NCBI GenBank assembly: GCA_963745235.1
Contig: CAVUXE010000052.1
Coordinates: 96,001-160,000, forward strand
Direction of reading: 5' to 3'
DNA from: an uncultured Spirochaetota bacterium
GTDB taxonomy: Bacteria > Spirochaetota > Spirochaetia > SZUA-6 > Fen-1364
DNA: 64,000 bases
Made by a program: the position numbers and the translations under genes. The notes below the pieces were generated by a model. It ran no database searches. It was not told the DNA's origin and worked only from the letters and a program-made list of their open reading frames with translations. Position 1 is the first letter of the stretch, and each line of letters begins with the position of its first letter. Below are positions 1 through 9,597 of this stretch, piece after piece.

Positions 1-975
1 TGCCTGCAGCGGCGTCACCGGCTGGTCCACCACCGTGGTTGCGGTAGGCGCGGTGTCAGCGATCCTGGCGGCCATCATGGCCGTTGCATCGACAGACCTG
101 AAGCGGGTCCTCGCCTACTCCACCGTGAGCCAGCTCGGATTCATGGTCTTCTCCATCGGCTCTGGCGGTCTTTTCCAGAGCCAGTTTCACCTCCTCAGCC
201 ACTCCCTGTTCAAGGCCCTGCTTTTCCTCGGCGCGGGCGCGGTCATCCATGCCGTGGGAACGCGTGACATGCGCGCCATGGGCGGTCTCTCCAGAAAGAT
301 GCCGCTCACGTGCACCGTGTTCATCATGGGCGCGCTGGCCCTTGCCGGTGTCCTGCCGGTCAACGGCTTCTGGAGCAAGGAACTGATACTGGAGGCCGGC
401 AAGCTGCACGCGCCTTCGGCGGCGTCTATCGTCATGATGGTCACGGTCGGGCTGACGGCGCTCTACAGCGCCCGCTGCGTATGGATGGTTTTCTTCGCCC
501 GTGCCGCGGCCGAGCCCCATGCCCACGAGGCCGGCCCGGAATGCAGGTTGCGCTCATCCCGCTTGCGGCGGGAACTCTGGTGAGCTGGCTCCTCGCGGGG
601 CCGTTCCAGTCCCTGCTTGCCCGCACCCTCCCCCTGCATTTCGGCGGCGCACCCGTGATCCGCGGCACGCGGGAGATTGCGCAGGAGGTCCTCAACTCAC
701 CGGGAACGTTGGTTGCAATGGGCGTGGTCGCGGTCGGTGTCCTTGCCTGGGTGCTCTGGCGGACACTCATCCGCACGGCGGACAGGCTCGAGCCCGCGCG
801 AAAAGCGGCTGAAGCTGGTCTGGGGTTCGAAGCTTTGAACAGGGGCATCACGCGCGCCGTTCAATGGTCGGGGGAGAAACTTCGCGTGACGCAATCCGGC
901 GTCCTCAACTGGAACGTGGCTGGAATCGTCATGGCCGTCGTGGCCGTCCTGGCCATCCTGGCAGCAGGAGGGTGA
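1..975 (+). CDS. NuoL/MrpA-like proton-translocating membrane subunit of the hydrogenase complex (5' truncated by window; frameshift near 540)
   Basis: DLKRVLAYSTVSQLG, HLLSHSLFKALLFLGAGAVIH and GFWSKE motifs; C-terminus continues in frame 310..975 (Q-SG-LNWN). Confidence 0.85.
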
Positions 976-976
976 C

Positions 977-2569
977 ATGAGCTGGCCTCCTTTCGTCTGG
1001 CTCATGCTGCTCCCCATCGTCTCTTCTCCTTTCGTCTACATCGTTGGACGGCTCCTCCAGAGATCACTGGAGGGTCTTGAAGCGCACGGAGGCATCCCCG
1101 CGACTCGGCTCGGCGTCCATCCGGGAAGGAAGTGGAGGTCGAACCCGGTCCGATGGGTCAGCCTCGCAATCCTGCTCTGCACGCTGGTCCCGCTCGTTCT
1201 TGCCGGACGCGAATTGGCGCAGGGAAAAGTGGCGCAATTCTCGTACGGGATCATTGCGCTCAGATTCGACGGGATCAGCTTCCTGCTCGCGGCGGCCGTG
1301 CTTTCCCTTGGGGTCCTGGTTTCCCTCTTCTCCGGGCCGTACATCGGCCACGAAGGAGGGCAGGAGAAATATCACGCCCTGCTCAACACCATGATCGGTG
1401 CGATGATAGGCCTCGGGTGCGCTTCGGACCTGTTCAACCTGTGGGTCTGGTTCGAGACCGCGGCCGTGGCTTCCTACATGCTCGTTTCCTATCACGCGCA
1501 GCAGCCGTCAAGCCTCGAGGCTGGAGTGAAATACCTCGTCCAGAACTCGGTGGGCTCCATGCTCGTCCTCATCGGAATCGGGCTGGTGTTCGCCGAAGCG
1601 GGCACACTGGACCTGCCCGCGCTGAAGGCCCTGGCGGGCGGGGCCGCGCCGGGGCCCGGACGGCTTCCGCTGCTGGCGGCCGGCGCGCTTTTTTCAGTCG
1701 GCTTTGGAGTGAAGATCGCTATCGTTCCCATGCATACGTGGCTCCCGGATGCGCACTCCCAGGCGCCAAGTGGAATCAGCGCCGTCCTTTCGGGGGTGGT
1801 CATTGAAACCGGGCTCGTGGCGCTCCTGCGGGCGCTTTCCGTGGTGTCAGGCGCGTCGGTGAGCTGGGGACCGCTCCTCCTGGCCTTCGGGTGCGTGAAC
1901 ATGCTGGTCGGGAACCTGCTTGCCCTCAGGCAGACCCAGGTGAAACGCCTCCTTGCCTTTTCCAGCCTCAGCCATATGGGCTACATGCTCCTTGGGCTCG
2001 GAACCGCAATCACCTTCCGACAGCTCGGCGGCGCGCAGGGAGGGTTTTTTCATCTTCTCACTCACGCCATGATGAAAGGGCTCGCGTTCCTTTCAGCGGG
2101 GGCGTTCCTGTACGTGTTTCGCATCTCCCGTGGCCAGCAGGGTCCCCTGATGGCGGAGGACCTGGCAGGGGCGGCGCGAAAATACCCGTTGCCCGCCCTC
2201 GCATTCAGCGTAGCGCTTCTTGGATTAGGCGGGCTTCCACCGTTTGCGGGCTTCATGTCGAAGTGGCAGATCTTCGCGGCAGGATTCAGCACGGGAAACG
2301 CTCTTATGGCAGCCCTTGTCGTCTTCGCTTTGCTCAACAGCCTGCTTTCCCTCGCCTACTATGCGCCGCTGGTGAACGTCATGTACCGAAGAGAGCCTTC
2401 AACCGCGGTAAGGGCCGGGACGCGCGTCCCGCCGGCAATGGCAGTTACCATGATCATCCTCATCCTGTCGGTGCTGGCTTTCGGTGTCTGGCCCGCCCTG
2501 GCCGCAGGAGTGACGGCGCCCGCGGGGCAGACCGTGCTTGACCTTTTTGCAGGAACGGGAGGCATGTGA
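977..2569 (+). CDS. MrpD/NuoN/MbhH-like antiporter-type membrane subunit
   Basis: DLFNLWVWFE, EAGVKYL, KIAIVPMHTWLPDAHSQAP, KRLLAFSS and GLPPFAGFMSKW motifs. Confidence 0.9.
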   Translation: MSWPPFVWLMLLPIVSSPFVYIVGRLLQRSLEGLEAHGGIPATRLGVHPGRKWRSNPVRWVSLAILLCTLVPLVLAGRELAQGKVAQFSYGIIALRFDGISFLLAAAVLSLGVLVSLFSGPYIGHEGGQEKYHALLNTMIGAMIGLGCASDLFNLWVWFETAAVASYMLVSYHAQQPSSLEAGVKYLVQNSVGSMLVLIGIGLVFAEAGTLDLPALKALAGGAAPGPGRLPLLAAGALFSVGFGVKIAIVPMHTWLPDAHSQAPSGISAVLSGVVIETGLVALLRALSVVSGASVSWGPLLLAFGCVNMLVGNLLALRQTQVKRLLAFSSLSHMGYMLLGLGTAITFRQLGGAQGGFFHLLTHAMMKGLAFLSAGAFLYVFRISRGQQGPLMAEDLAGAARKYPLPALAFSVALLGLGGLPPFAGFMSKWQIFAAGFSTGNALMAALVVFALLNSLLSLAYYAPLVNVMYRREPSTAVRAGTRVPPAMAVTMIILILSVLAFGVWPALAAGVTAPAGQTVLDLFAGTGGM

Positions 2570-2570
2570 C

Positions 2571-2883
2571 ATGGTGCATCCATTCTCACCGCCGGTGGCC
2601 TTCGCCGTGTACCTGGCGCTCGCCGCAATTCTGCTTGCGATTGCCGGCGCCGCCGCGGCAAGGGGCAAGGCGAGTGACCTGAAGACCGCCGTGTATGGGA
2701 GCGGTGAGGCGGCCCGGTCCAGCGCCGCTTCCCCCGGCTACCGGCCGTTTTTCATGACGGCGTTCTTTTTCGCGATGCTCCACCTTGGCGTGGTCATTGT
2801 CGGCAGTGGAGGTCTCACTATAATGACAGGCGCCTACATTGCCGGGTCTGATTCTTTCTTTGGTTGCCCTGGCCCTGGGCTGA
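2571..2883 (+). CDS. NuoA/MbhI-like small membrane subunit (frameshift near 3' end)
   Basis: Three hydrophobic segments; loop K..YGSGE; Y..FF..AFFFA.LH; operon position. Confidence 0.65.
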
Positions 2884-2899
2884 AGGGAAAGGAGGACCC

Positions 2900-3400
2900 G
2901 TGCCCGCGCAGATTCCGCGATCTCTCAGGGGTATTGTGGACCGCATAGCGCTCTGGTCCCGGATCAATTCCCCGTGGCTCGTGCATTTCAACAGCGGGTC
3001 GTGTAATGGATGCGACATCGAGATACTTGCCACCCTTGCGCCGCGGTATGACCTGGAAAGGCTCGGGGTCAAGCTCTGGGGGTCGCCCCGGCACGCTGAC
3101 GTCCTGGTCTGCACCGGGCCGGTGACCCGCCAGTCCCGGGACAGGCTCTTTCGGACCTATGAACAGATGCCGGCCCCCAAGTTCGTCGTTGCGGTGGGGT
3201 CCTGCGGGATCACGGGCGGAGCCTTCCACGGTTGCTACAATATCGTCGGCGACATCGGAGACATCATTCCCGTGGACGTCTACATCCCGGGCTGCCCTCC
3301 GCGGCCAGAGGCGATCATAGACGGCGTTGTGCAGCTCCTGACAAAGCTGAGGGCAAGCGCGGTCGTGCAATCTCCCCTGCGAATGGAGGCCAAAGCATGA
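2900..3400 (+). CDS. Group 4 [NiFe]-hydrogenase small subunit (NuoB/MbhJ/EchC-like)
   Basis: GSCNGCDIE, SPRHADVL, VGSC and VDVYIPGCPPRPE motifs; GGAGG RBS before GTG. Confidence 0.92.
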   Translation: MPAQIPRSLRGIVDRIALWSRINSPWLVHFNSGSCNGCDIEILATLAPRYDLERLGVKLWGSPRHADVLVCTGPVTRQSRDRLFRTYEQMPAPKFVVAVGSCGITGGAFHGCYNIVGDIGDIIPVDVYIPGCPPRPEAIIDGVVQLLTKLRASAVVQSPLRMEAKA

Positions 3401-5062
3401 GCACGGGCAGCGAGATGGAAGCGGTTCCTCAGCTTGTGACACGGCTGGGCAGGGCACAGCCGGGCAGGTGACAACAGGCTCAGCGTGGAGCTGGCCGTTG
3501 AGCATCTCCCGGCTGCTGTCGAAGCGCTGACCAAGGCGAGATGGGGCTACCTTTCCGCCATCACCGGCCTGGATCGCACGCCGGGGGAGACGGAAGGAGC
3601 GGACAGCGGCGAATCGGCGCCCCCCCGACGAGCTCAGTTCGAGGCGCTGTATCACTTCTGCCGGGGCGCAACCGTGCTCACCCTGAGAGTGAAGGCATCA
3701 GGAGAAAACCCGACACTGCCCAGCATCACGGCTGTCGCTCCCGGAGCCATCCTCCAGGAGCGTGAGCTCGCCGAGGTATTCGGCATGCATATCACGAACC
3801 TCCCGGCGCGCGGAAGGCTTCTGCTGTCAGAGGACTGGCCCGAGAACCTCTTCCCGATGCGCAAGAAGAACACGCCGGAGGCCATCCGCGCGAGGATCTC
3901 CGAGCCTCCCCCGGCGCCTCTGCCGGCTTCCTCGCCCGAGCGGCCGGGCAGGTTCGTGGTGCCTATCGGCCCGCAGCATCCCGCGCTCAAGGAGCCCGCG
4001 CACTTCGAGCTCGAAGTCGATGGGGAGATCGTCAAGGACGTGTCGCTGCGGCTCGGCTACGTGCACAGGGGAATAGAGAAAGCCGCTGAGAGCAGGTCGT
4101 GGATCCACAACCTCTACCTCATGGAACGGATCTGCGGCATCTGTTCGCATATCCACGCCACCGCATACGCCCTTGGCGTCGAGCAGTTGGCGGGCATCAC
4201 CGCGCCCCCGCGGGCGCAGGCCATCAGGGTCCTGTTTGCCGAGATGGAACGGATCCACAGTCACCTCCTCTGGCTGGGGGTGGCCGCCCATCAGGCGGGG
4301 TTCGACACGCTGTTCATGTTCACCTGGCGGGACCGTGAGACCATCATGAACCTGCTGGACGAGGTGAGCGGCAACCGCGTGAACTATTCGGTGAACGTGC
4401 TGGGAGGGGTCAAGTACGACATCGATGATCCGCGGGCGGATGCCATCCGCCGCGGCGTGGACAGCCTGGAACGGCGGATCCACCATTACCTGGATATCGT
4501 CACAGCGGATGAAAGCTTCCTGAGAAGAACACGGGGAGTCGGGGTTTTCCCGACGGAGAAGGCTGATGTCCTGGGAGTCGTCGGCCCCACTGCACGGGCG
4601 TCAGGGATCCTGCGGGATGTGCGCGTGGACGCGCCCTACAGCGCCTACAGGGATTTCCCCGTGACCCCGGTTACGGATCAGGGATGCGACCTCGCCGCGA
4701 GGTTTGTCGTTCGGATCAAGGAGCTTTTCGAATGCTGCCGTCTGATCAGAGCCATTCTGGGCTCCTTCCCACCGGGAGAGCTTCGCGTGGACGTCCCCCG
4801 ACGCATCCCGGAGGGCGAGGTGATCAGCCGGGTGGAGGCGCCGCGGGGGGAGCTCTTTTACTACCTGAGGAGCGCGGGCGGACCAATGCCTGACCGGGTG
4901 AAAGTGCGCACTCCGAGCCTCGCAAACTGGGCCTACGTCCTGAGCGTTGCCGTCGGCCTCAAGCTGGCAGACATCCCCATGGTGGTGGTCGGCATCGACC
5001 CGTGCTTCTCCTGCAACGACAGGATGTTCAGCGTCCACCAGGTCGGGAGGAATGCCGAGTGA
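3397..5062 (+). CDS. Group 4 [NiFe]-hydrogenase large subunit fused to N-terminal NuoC-like domain (frameshift near 5' end)
   Basis: NuoC-like YLSAITG...ERE..E.FG...DWP..FP.RK; GPQHP; GYVHRGIEK; Ni-binding L1 RICGICS and L2 DPCFSCNDR. Confidence 0.92.
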
Positions 5063-5991
5063 AAAGCCTGCTGGCCGTCATGGCGTATCTTATTTTCCCC
5101 GGGGGCCTTTTCGTGGTCGTAGGAAGCCTGGCCTATGAATACGTGGATCGCAAGCTCATCGCGAGGTTCCAGAATCGAGTAGGCCCCCGCTGGTTTCAGC
5201 CGCTGGCGGACTTCGTGAAGCTGCTCGTGAAAGAGGAAATAATACCGCAGGGCGTGAACCCGGGCCTGTTCGTCTGGCTGCCGGTTGTGGCGCTCGCCGC
5301 CGCGCTTGCCACGGCGTTGTACGTCCCCATGGCTGGCCTGAACCCGACCTGGAGCTTCCGGGGGGACGTTGTCGCAACAGTCTACCTTCTCATGATGATG
5401 ACGCTGTGCATCGGGCTGGCGGGGGCAAACACGTCGGACAGGTTCTCCGTCATTGGAGCCGTCCGCGCGCTGACGCAGCTTTTCTCCTACGAAGCCCCAT
5501 TCCTCCTGGCACTCCTCGGACCCGCGGTGGTGGCGGGAAGCTGGAGGATCGCGGATATCAACGCGTTCGCCCAGGAAAGGCTCTGGATGATCGTCACGCA
5601 GCCCCTGGGCTTCCTGGTGGCTCTCATCGGGCTCATGGGAAAGCTCGAGCTGTCGCCGTTTGACGCTCCGGAGGCTGAGACAGAGATCGTCTCCGGTGCC
5701 CTCACCGAATACAGCGGTCGAGGTCTCGCATTTTTCCGCCTGGGCAGGGACATCGAGCTTTTCGTCGGTCTCACCCTGATCTCCGCCTTCTACCTGGGCG
5801 GTCTGGCCAATCCGCTCCAGTTCCTGGTGAAGACCCTCGCGCTCCTGTTTGTGACCGCGGGGCTGCAGTCCCTCTTCGCGCGGCTGCGAATCGACCAGAC
5901 CGTCGGCCTCTGGTGGCGGATCGGTGCCCTGCTGGCCCTCACCCAGCTGCTGATCCTGATCGGGCTGAAGACACTGGGGGTGGCCATATGA
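5059..5991 (+). CDS. NuoH/MbhM-like membrane subunit
   Basis: RKLIARFQNRVGP..QPLADFVKLLVKE; PFDAPEAETEIVSGALTEYSG. Confidence 0.92.
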   Translation: MKSLLAVMAYLIFPGGLFVVVGSLAYEYVDRKLIARFQNRVGPRWFQPLADFVKLLVKEEIIPQGVNPGLFVWLPVVALAAALATALYVPMAGLNPTWSFRGDVVATVYLLMMMTLCIGLAGANTSDRFSVIGAVRALTQLFSYEAPFLLALLGPAVVAGSWRIADINAFAQERLWMIVTQPLGFLVALIGLMGKLELSPFDAPEAETEIVSGALTEYSGRGLAFFRLGRDIELFVGLTLISAFYLGGLANPLQFLVKTLALLFVTAGLQSLFARLRIDQTVGLWWRIGALLALTQLLILIGLKTLGVAI

Positions 5992-6374
5992 TGAGGATAG
6001 GCTCCATGCTGAGTGACATCATGCGCTCGCTCGTGCGCAGGCCGTTCACCGAGCGGTATCCCTTCGTCGTGAAACCCGCCCCCGAGCGCACGCGCGGCCG
6101 CCTGGAATGGGATGCGGAGAAATGCACCGGCTGCATGCTGTGCGTGAAGGATTGCCCCGCGGACGCCATCCAGGTCACCGTGGTGGACAGGGCCGCGAAG
6201 AAGTTGATCTTCCGATACCGCACTGACCGGTGCGTCTATTGCGGCCAGTGCGTTGTGAGCTGCAAGCCGGGCGCCCTCTCCATGTCACCGGAGCACTGGC
6301 ATCTTTCCTCGACAACGAAAGAGTCATTTTCAGTGGTCTACCAGAACCACCAGGGAAGCTCAGAGAAGGGGTGA
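5988..6374 (+). CDS. 2x[4Fe-4S] subunit (NuoI/MbhN-like)
   Basis: CTGCMLCVKDCP and CVYCGQCVVSCK motifs; T.RYPF. Confidence 0.9.
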   Translation: MMRIGSMLSDIMRSLVRRPFTERYPFVVKPAPERTRGRLEWDAEKCTGCMLCVKDCPADAIQVTVVDRAAKKLIFRYRTDRCVYCGQCVVSCKPGALSMSPEHWHLSSTTKESFSVVYQNHQGSSEKG

Positions 6375-6860
6375 CAGCTTTTGCGCCCATTTTCGGATGG
6401 CTTCCCAGTCCCGAATGTCCGATGCAGGCATCTTCTTGAGCGCTGGGATCATGGACCAGGGAAAACCAAGCCGGGACGGGTCGAACCTGCCGCCGAAAAC
6501 CTCCTTTGTAATCGGGCTGAACCAGGGGTATTTCTGGAGCTCCTTGTCAAGTTGCGCGCGTACGTCGTTCCATTCCTTCTCCACGTCATGGAAAGGTCCG
6601 AGGGCGAAAACGGCCGCCGGCATGTTTGCCAGAGTGCCCTTGTGCCGGGACAGAAAGCTCACTGCATCCTTGTGCCAACGGAACATGAAAAACGGCGCTC
6701 CGAGCACCACCGACCGGTACCCTTCGAGGGACTTCACCTCCTCGAGCCGCTTCACGGCGACTTCCCGCGGGCCCGCTCGGAGTGTCTCGCTTATTGCATC
6801 TGCAATCTCCTTCGTGGAACCACTGCGCGTGGCGTAACCAACAAGAATGGCATCTGGCAT
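6360..6860 (-). CDS. Flavodoxin-domain protein (HemG/Flavodoxin_5-like)
   Basis: YATRSGSTKEIA FMN loop; DIRDWEAIRKWA C-terminus. Confidence 0.85.
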   Translation of the reverse strand: MPDAILVGYATRSGSTKEIADAISETLRAGPREVAVKRLEEVKSLEGYRSVVLGAPFFMFRWHKDAVSFLSRHKGTLANMPAAVFALGPFHDVEKEWNDVRAQLDKELQKYPWFSPITKEVFGGRFDPSRLGFPWSMIPALKKMPASDIRDWEAIRKWAQKLSPLL

Positions 6861-6937
6861 GGGGATCTCCTTCTCAGACTATTCAACACCGGTATGAGAG
6901 CGGCGCTGGCACCAGACAAATTCACCTTGCAAAGCAC

Positions 6938-7069
6938 TGGCGGGCGAAAGTCGTTCACGGTTCTCCGCCCAGGGCCTTGAAGATGTCCTTCCGGGCCCTG
7001 GCTCGATTCATGTTGGACGCGGCGGAAGGGGGGCTCTACAAGAAGGAGGTCGTCGGGCTGGGCGCGTAG
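6938..7069 (+). pseudogene. Probable C-terminal remnant of an NAD(P)H-binding oxidoreductase
   Basis: MSFRALARFMLDAAEGGLYKKEVVGLG resembles the last helix/strand of atypical SDR/flavin reductases; no N-terminal part present. Confidence 0.4.
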
Positions 7070-7087
7070 AAACAAAGGGGGGATACT

Positions 7088-7459
7088 TTACACCGCCTTT
7101 TCTTCATTCTCCTTTACCCGAAACTCAACGATCTTCCTTATCAATTCGATCGGCAAATCCATGGCATGGGGAAACTGAATTGTTCCATGCCCGCTTTGCT
7201 TGAACTCCTTCAGCTCGTGTTTGAATCGGCTGAAGACCGTCATGCTTGCCGGGTAGAAGCCGATGTGATCCTTGAATGCGCCAAAGTAAACCAACCTGCC
7301 TTTGTAGAAAAAAGCGGGCATATCGTAGCTGATCTTCCCCTCGGCCTTGGGCGCTGCTTCCCGAATGACATGGCAAATCGAGTGCAGCCTTTCTCGGACT
7401 TCATCCTGGCGTACCTGGATGTATTCATCGATCGATGCAAGCGTTGCCTTGTGCTTCAT
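7088..7459 (-). CDS. DUF1801/YdhG-family protein
   Basis: SIDEYI...IREAAP...ISY.MPAF...LVYFGAFKDHIGFYP...GTIQFP motifs. Confidence 0.88.
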   Translation of the reverse strand: MKHKATLASIDEYIQVRQDEVRERLHSICHVIREAAPKAEGKISYDMPAFFYKGRLVYFGAFKDHIGFYPASMTVFSRFKHELKEFKQSGHGTIQFPHAMDLPIELIRKIVEFRVKENEEKAV

Positions 7460-7621
7460 TTGCGGTGGCCACCTGTCATAGTTCGAAAGATACAAACGCG
7501 CCCGCAGACCAGCAAGCCAGCGCAGCAATCGGGGGGGTCCGTCCGCTTTCGTTCGCGGGCTCCCTCACGAACAACTCCGTGTGGGGCCGCAGAATCTGCC
7601 TTTCCTTGATGCCTTATTTGA

Positions 7622-7668
7622 AGTCGGGCTGGCCGGATTTGAACCGGCGGCCTTTCGGTCCCGAACCG
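7622..7668 (-). repeat. att site: 47-bp copy of the 3' part of tRNA-Pro
   Basis: 46/47 identical to 13781-13827. Confidence 0.95.
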
Positions 7669-7791
7669 CAAAAAGCTCCAAAAAGCGCCTTTTTGACCAG
7701 GAAAAGCCCAACTTTCTTCAATAGTAATGCATGAGCAAGTGAGCGCATCTGCGCGCGAAATGGCAAAATCAGGTCAAACAAATCAAATCGC

Positions 7792-7989
7792 CTACCACGC
7801 TTTGAGTGCGTGCCCTATGATGTATACTCCTTCGCCGGCCGCCGCCACGCTCACCGTCACGATGCCCACCTTGAGCACCGTGATCTCCGTGGCCAGGGCG
7901 TCCGCCTGGATCTTGGCGTCTCCCAGTGGAGCGGCCTGCATCCGATCGTCGTAGAGATGGTTGGTCGCGAGGTTGATGTTCGTCTCCAC
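7792..7989 (-). CDS. Short hypothetical protein or fragment with hydrophobic C-terminus
   Basis: 65-aa ORF with host-like codon usage at the island edge; no family recognised. Confidence 0.3.
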   Translation of the reverse strand: METNINLATNHLYDDRMQAAPLGDAKIQADALATEITVLKVGIVTVSVAAAGEGVYIIGHALKAW

Positions 7990-8018
7990 CTGTTGGAGCT
8001 CCGCAGGGGAGTCAATTT

Positions 8019-8603
8019 GTGGATGGGCCGCTTGTTGGAAGGGATGCGACGGTTATTGGGACATACACACGTCAGCTGGGAAAGGACGAGTCCGGCGATA
8101 GACTCTCTTCTCAAAGCTTCTATGTCTGCAAGGTCGATCTTCAAGACGTCTCGATCGGCTTTAGTTGGTTCCCGCGGTTGATCGGGAACTCGATAAACAA
8201 TCAAGGTATTGTCTTCGCTCCGATCAATGATCGTTCGATAGCCGACGCAAGGGAAAAGGCCAAAGAGGAAGCTGTGGAACAAATGAAGCGTGCTGAATCA
8301 GATAGGCAACAACAAAGCATCGTCCAAGCCCCCGTAGGCCTCAAGTCGAACTTGGCCCTACGACTTCTTATAACGATGATTCAACGCGGTACATTGCCAG
8401 GGACAGCTCTAAATACCACCGGCACGACTATGGCCTCTGTCACAATCTGGGTCAACTTCTACGACCAAAGCGGAGCGCAGGTAAGCTCCGATCTTGCCAT
8501 GATTGCGAATCTCGCGCCAGGCCAGACATGGAAGTGGAAGATAGCCTATTACGATGACAGCGTGAGATCTTACAAGATAGTGAAAGTCGATGTCGATTAT
8601 TGA
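8019..8603 (+). CDS. FxLYD-domain protein (possibly partial; apparent compensating frameshifts around 8340-8400)
   Basis: GTALNTTG...V.I.VNFYDQSGAQV...IANLAPGQTWKWK pattern. Confidence 0.7.
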   Translation: MDGPLVGRDATVIGTYTRQLGKDESGDRLSSQSFYVCKVDLQDVSIGFSWFPRLIGNSINNQGIVFAPINDRSIADAREKAKEEAVEQMKRAESDRQQQSIVQAPVGLKSNLALRLLITMIQRGTLPGTALNTTGTTMASVTIWVNFYDQSGAQVSSDLAMIANLAPGQTWKWKIAYYDDSVRSYKIVKVDVDY

Positions 8604-8608
8604 AGCGT

Positions 8609-8740
8609 TGCGGGGACGGCAATATCGCCACGGCGGCGGCGCTGCATGAACCGTGGGGACTTGCGTTCGACCTTTCTGGCAATCTTCTCATAGCGGATCG
8701 CATCAATAATCGCATAAGAAAGGTCGCCCTTGGCCAGTGA
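8609..8740 (+). pseudogene. Orphan NHL-repeat fragment
   Basis: Translates to GDGNIATAAALHEPWGLAFDLSGNLLIADRINNRIRKV-stop with no start codon. Confidence 0.8.
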
Positions 8741-8773
8741 ACCTCTGGCCGATGCGACAGAGGAATCGCGCTG

Positions 8774-8836
8774 ATGGCTGAGAATCTGCTCTACTACGGC
8801 GACAACCTCAGATGGAAATCCGGATTCGTCCCTTGA
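8774..8836 (+). pseudogene. N-terminal stub of a DNA methyltransferase
   Basis: MAENLLYYGDNL matches the typical start of N4/N6 DNA methylases, then diverges to a stop after 20 aa. Confidence 0.6.
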
Positions 8837-8851
8837 AGTCGGAGGTGAGAA

Positions 8852-9367
8852 ATGCGTTTCAAAGAGATATTGGCACGCCTTACGGGACTGAGTTCGCCGG
8901 TATTTGGTGTGTCATGGAACCCTCCTGAACCACACATCGCTGTCGCCAGGCGAGTCGTTACTTTTCTCGAGGATCGGCGCGTTCTTTATAGCCCTTTTGA
9001 AATGGAACTGCCGAATCACTGCATCGAATCGGTACTTGAGATTCGCGGGTATCTGACGAAGGAACTACAACCTCTCGAAGCTATCACCGAAATCGCCAAT
9101 TCACTCCGTGCCATGCGATCTGCCTGTCGCAAGTTCATGGACGCAGTAGGTCCTCGGTCAGATGTTGCCCGTTTTCGCGGAAACAATGGCCCAGCGACTT
9201 GGGTTTTCAACAGTGCACTCGGAGAGCTCCGGGGCGTCTTCGGCATTCATGTCGCCAGGCTCGCTGCAGCCCATGGCCTGGACGTGGAAGACGATCTGGC
9301 CGCCATTCTGCCCGGCAAAGACGATGACGATGAACGCACGATAGAAGACGAGTACGCCCTTCGCTGA
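8852..9367 (+). CDS. DUF6650-like protein
   Basis: RLTG.S.P.FG.SW, FLEDRRVLY, C..SV.EIR, LRAMR.ACRKF and LGELRG.FG motifs; GGAGG RBS. Confidence 0.7.
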   Translation: MRFKEILARLTGLSSPVFGVSWNPPEPHIAVARRVVTFLEDRRVLYSPFEMELPNHCIESVLEIRGYLTKELQPLEAITEIANSLRAMRSACRKFMDAVGPRSDVARFRGNNGPATWVFNSALGELRGVFGIHVARLAAAHGLDVEDDLAAILPGKDDDDERTIEDEYALR

Positions 9368-9597
9368 CTCGGTAGGGAGCTAAGCAGAGCTTGCAAAGAT
9401 CAGCATGCCTCGAATTCGGTCGCCAGGACATCGAGCTCCATTTCCGCGATTAGTGCTGGACGACAGGCTCTCGGCGGGATCCGGCCGACGCAGCGCTCTT
9501 ATCAAGAAAAAAAGTTCTTGAAAAGCCCAATTTCTTTATGGTAGCTGGAACAATCACAGTTCATCCATTTCAAGAACTTCCAGGAGAGATAATCTTT

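Noticed and set aside
1-6374. Respiratory complex I (nuo operon)
   Set aside because: The large subunit keeps both Ni-binding CxxC motifs and no nuoEFG genes are present in the visible part
7622-7668. Second tRNA-Pro gene
   Set aside because: Only the anticodon-to-3' part is present, with no D-arm or 5' acceptor strand; it is an att duplication
9405-9450. Minus-strand AEMELDVLATEF resembling AKIQADALATEI of ORF 7792-7989
   Set aside because: Only 6/12 identity over a very short stretch; not distinguishable from chance by eye
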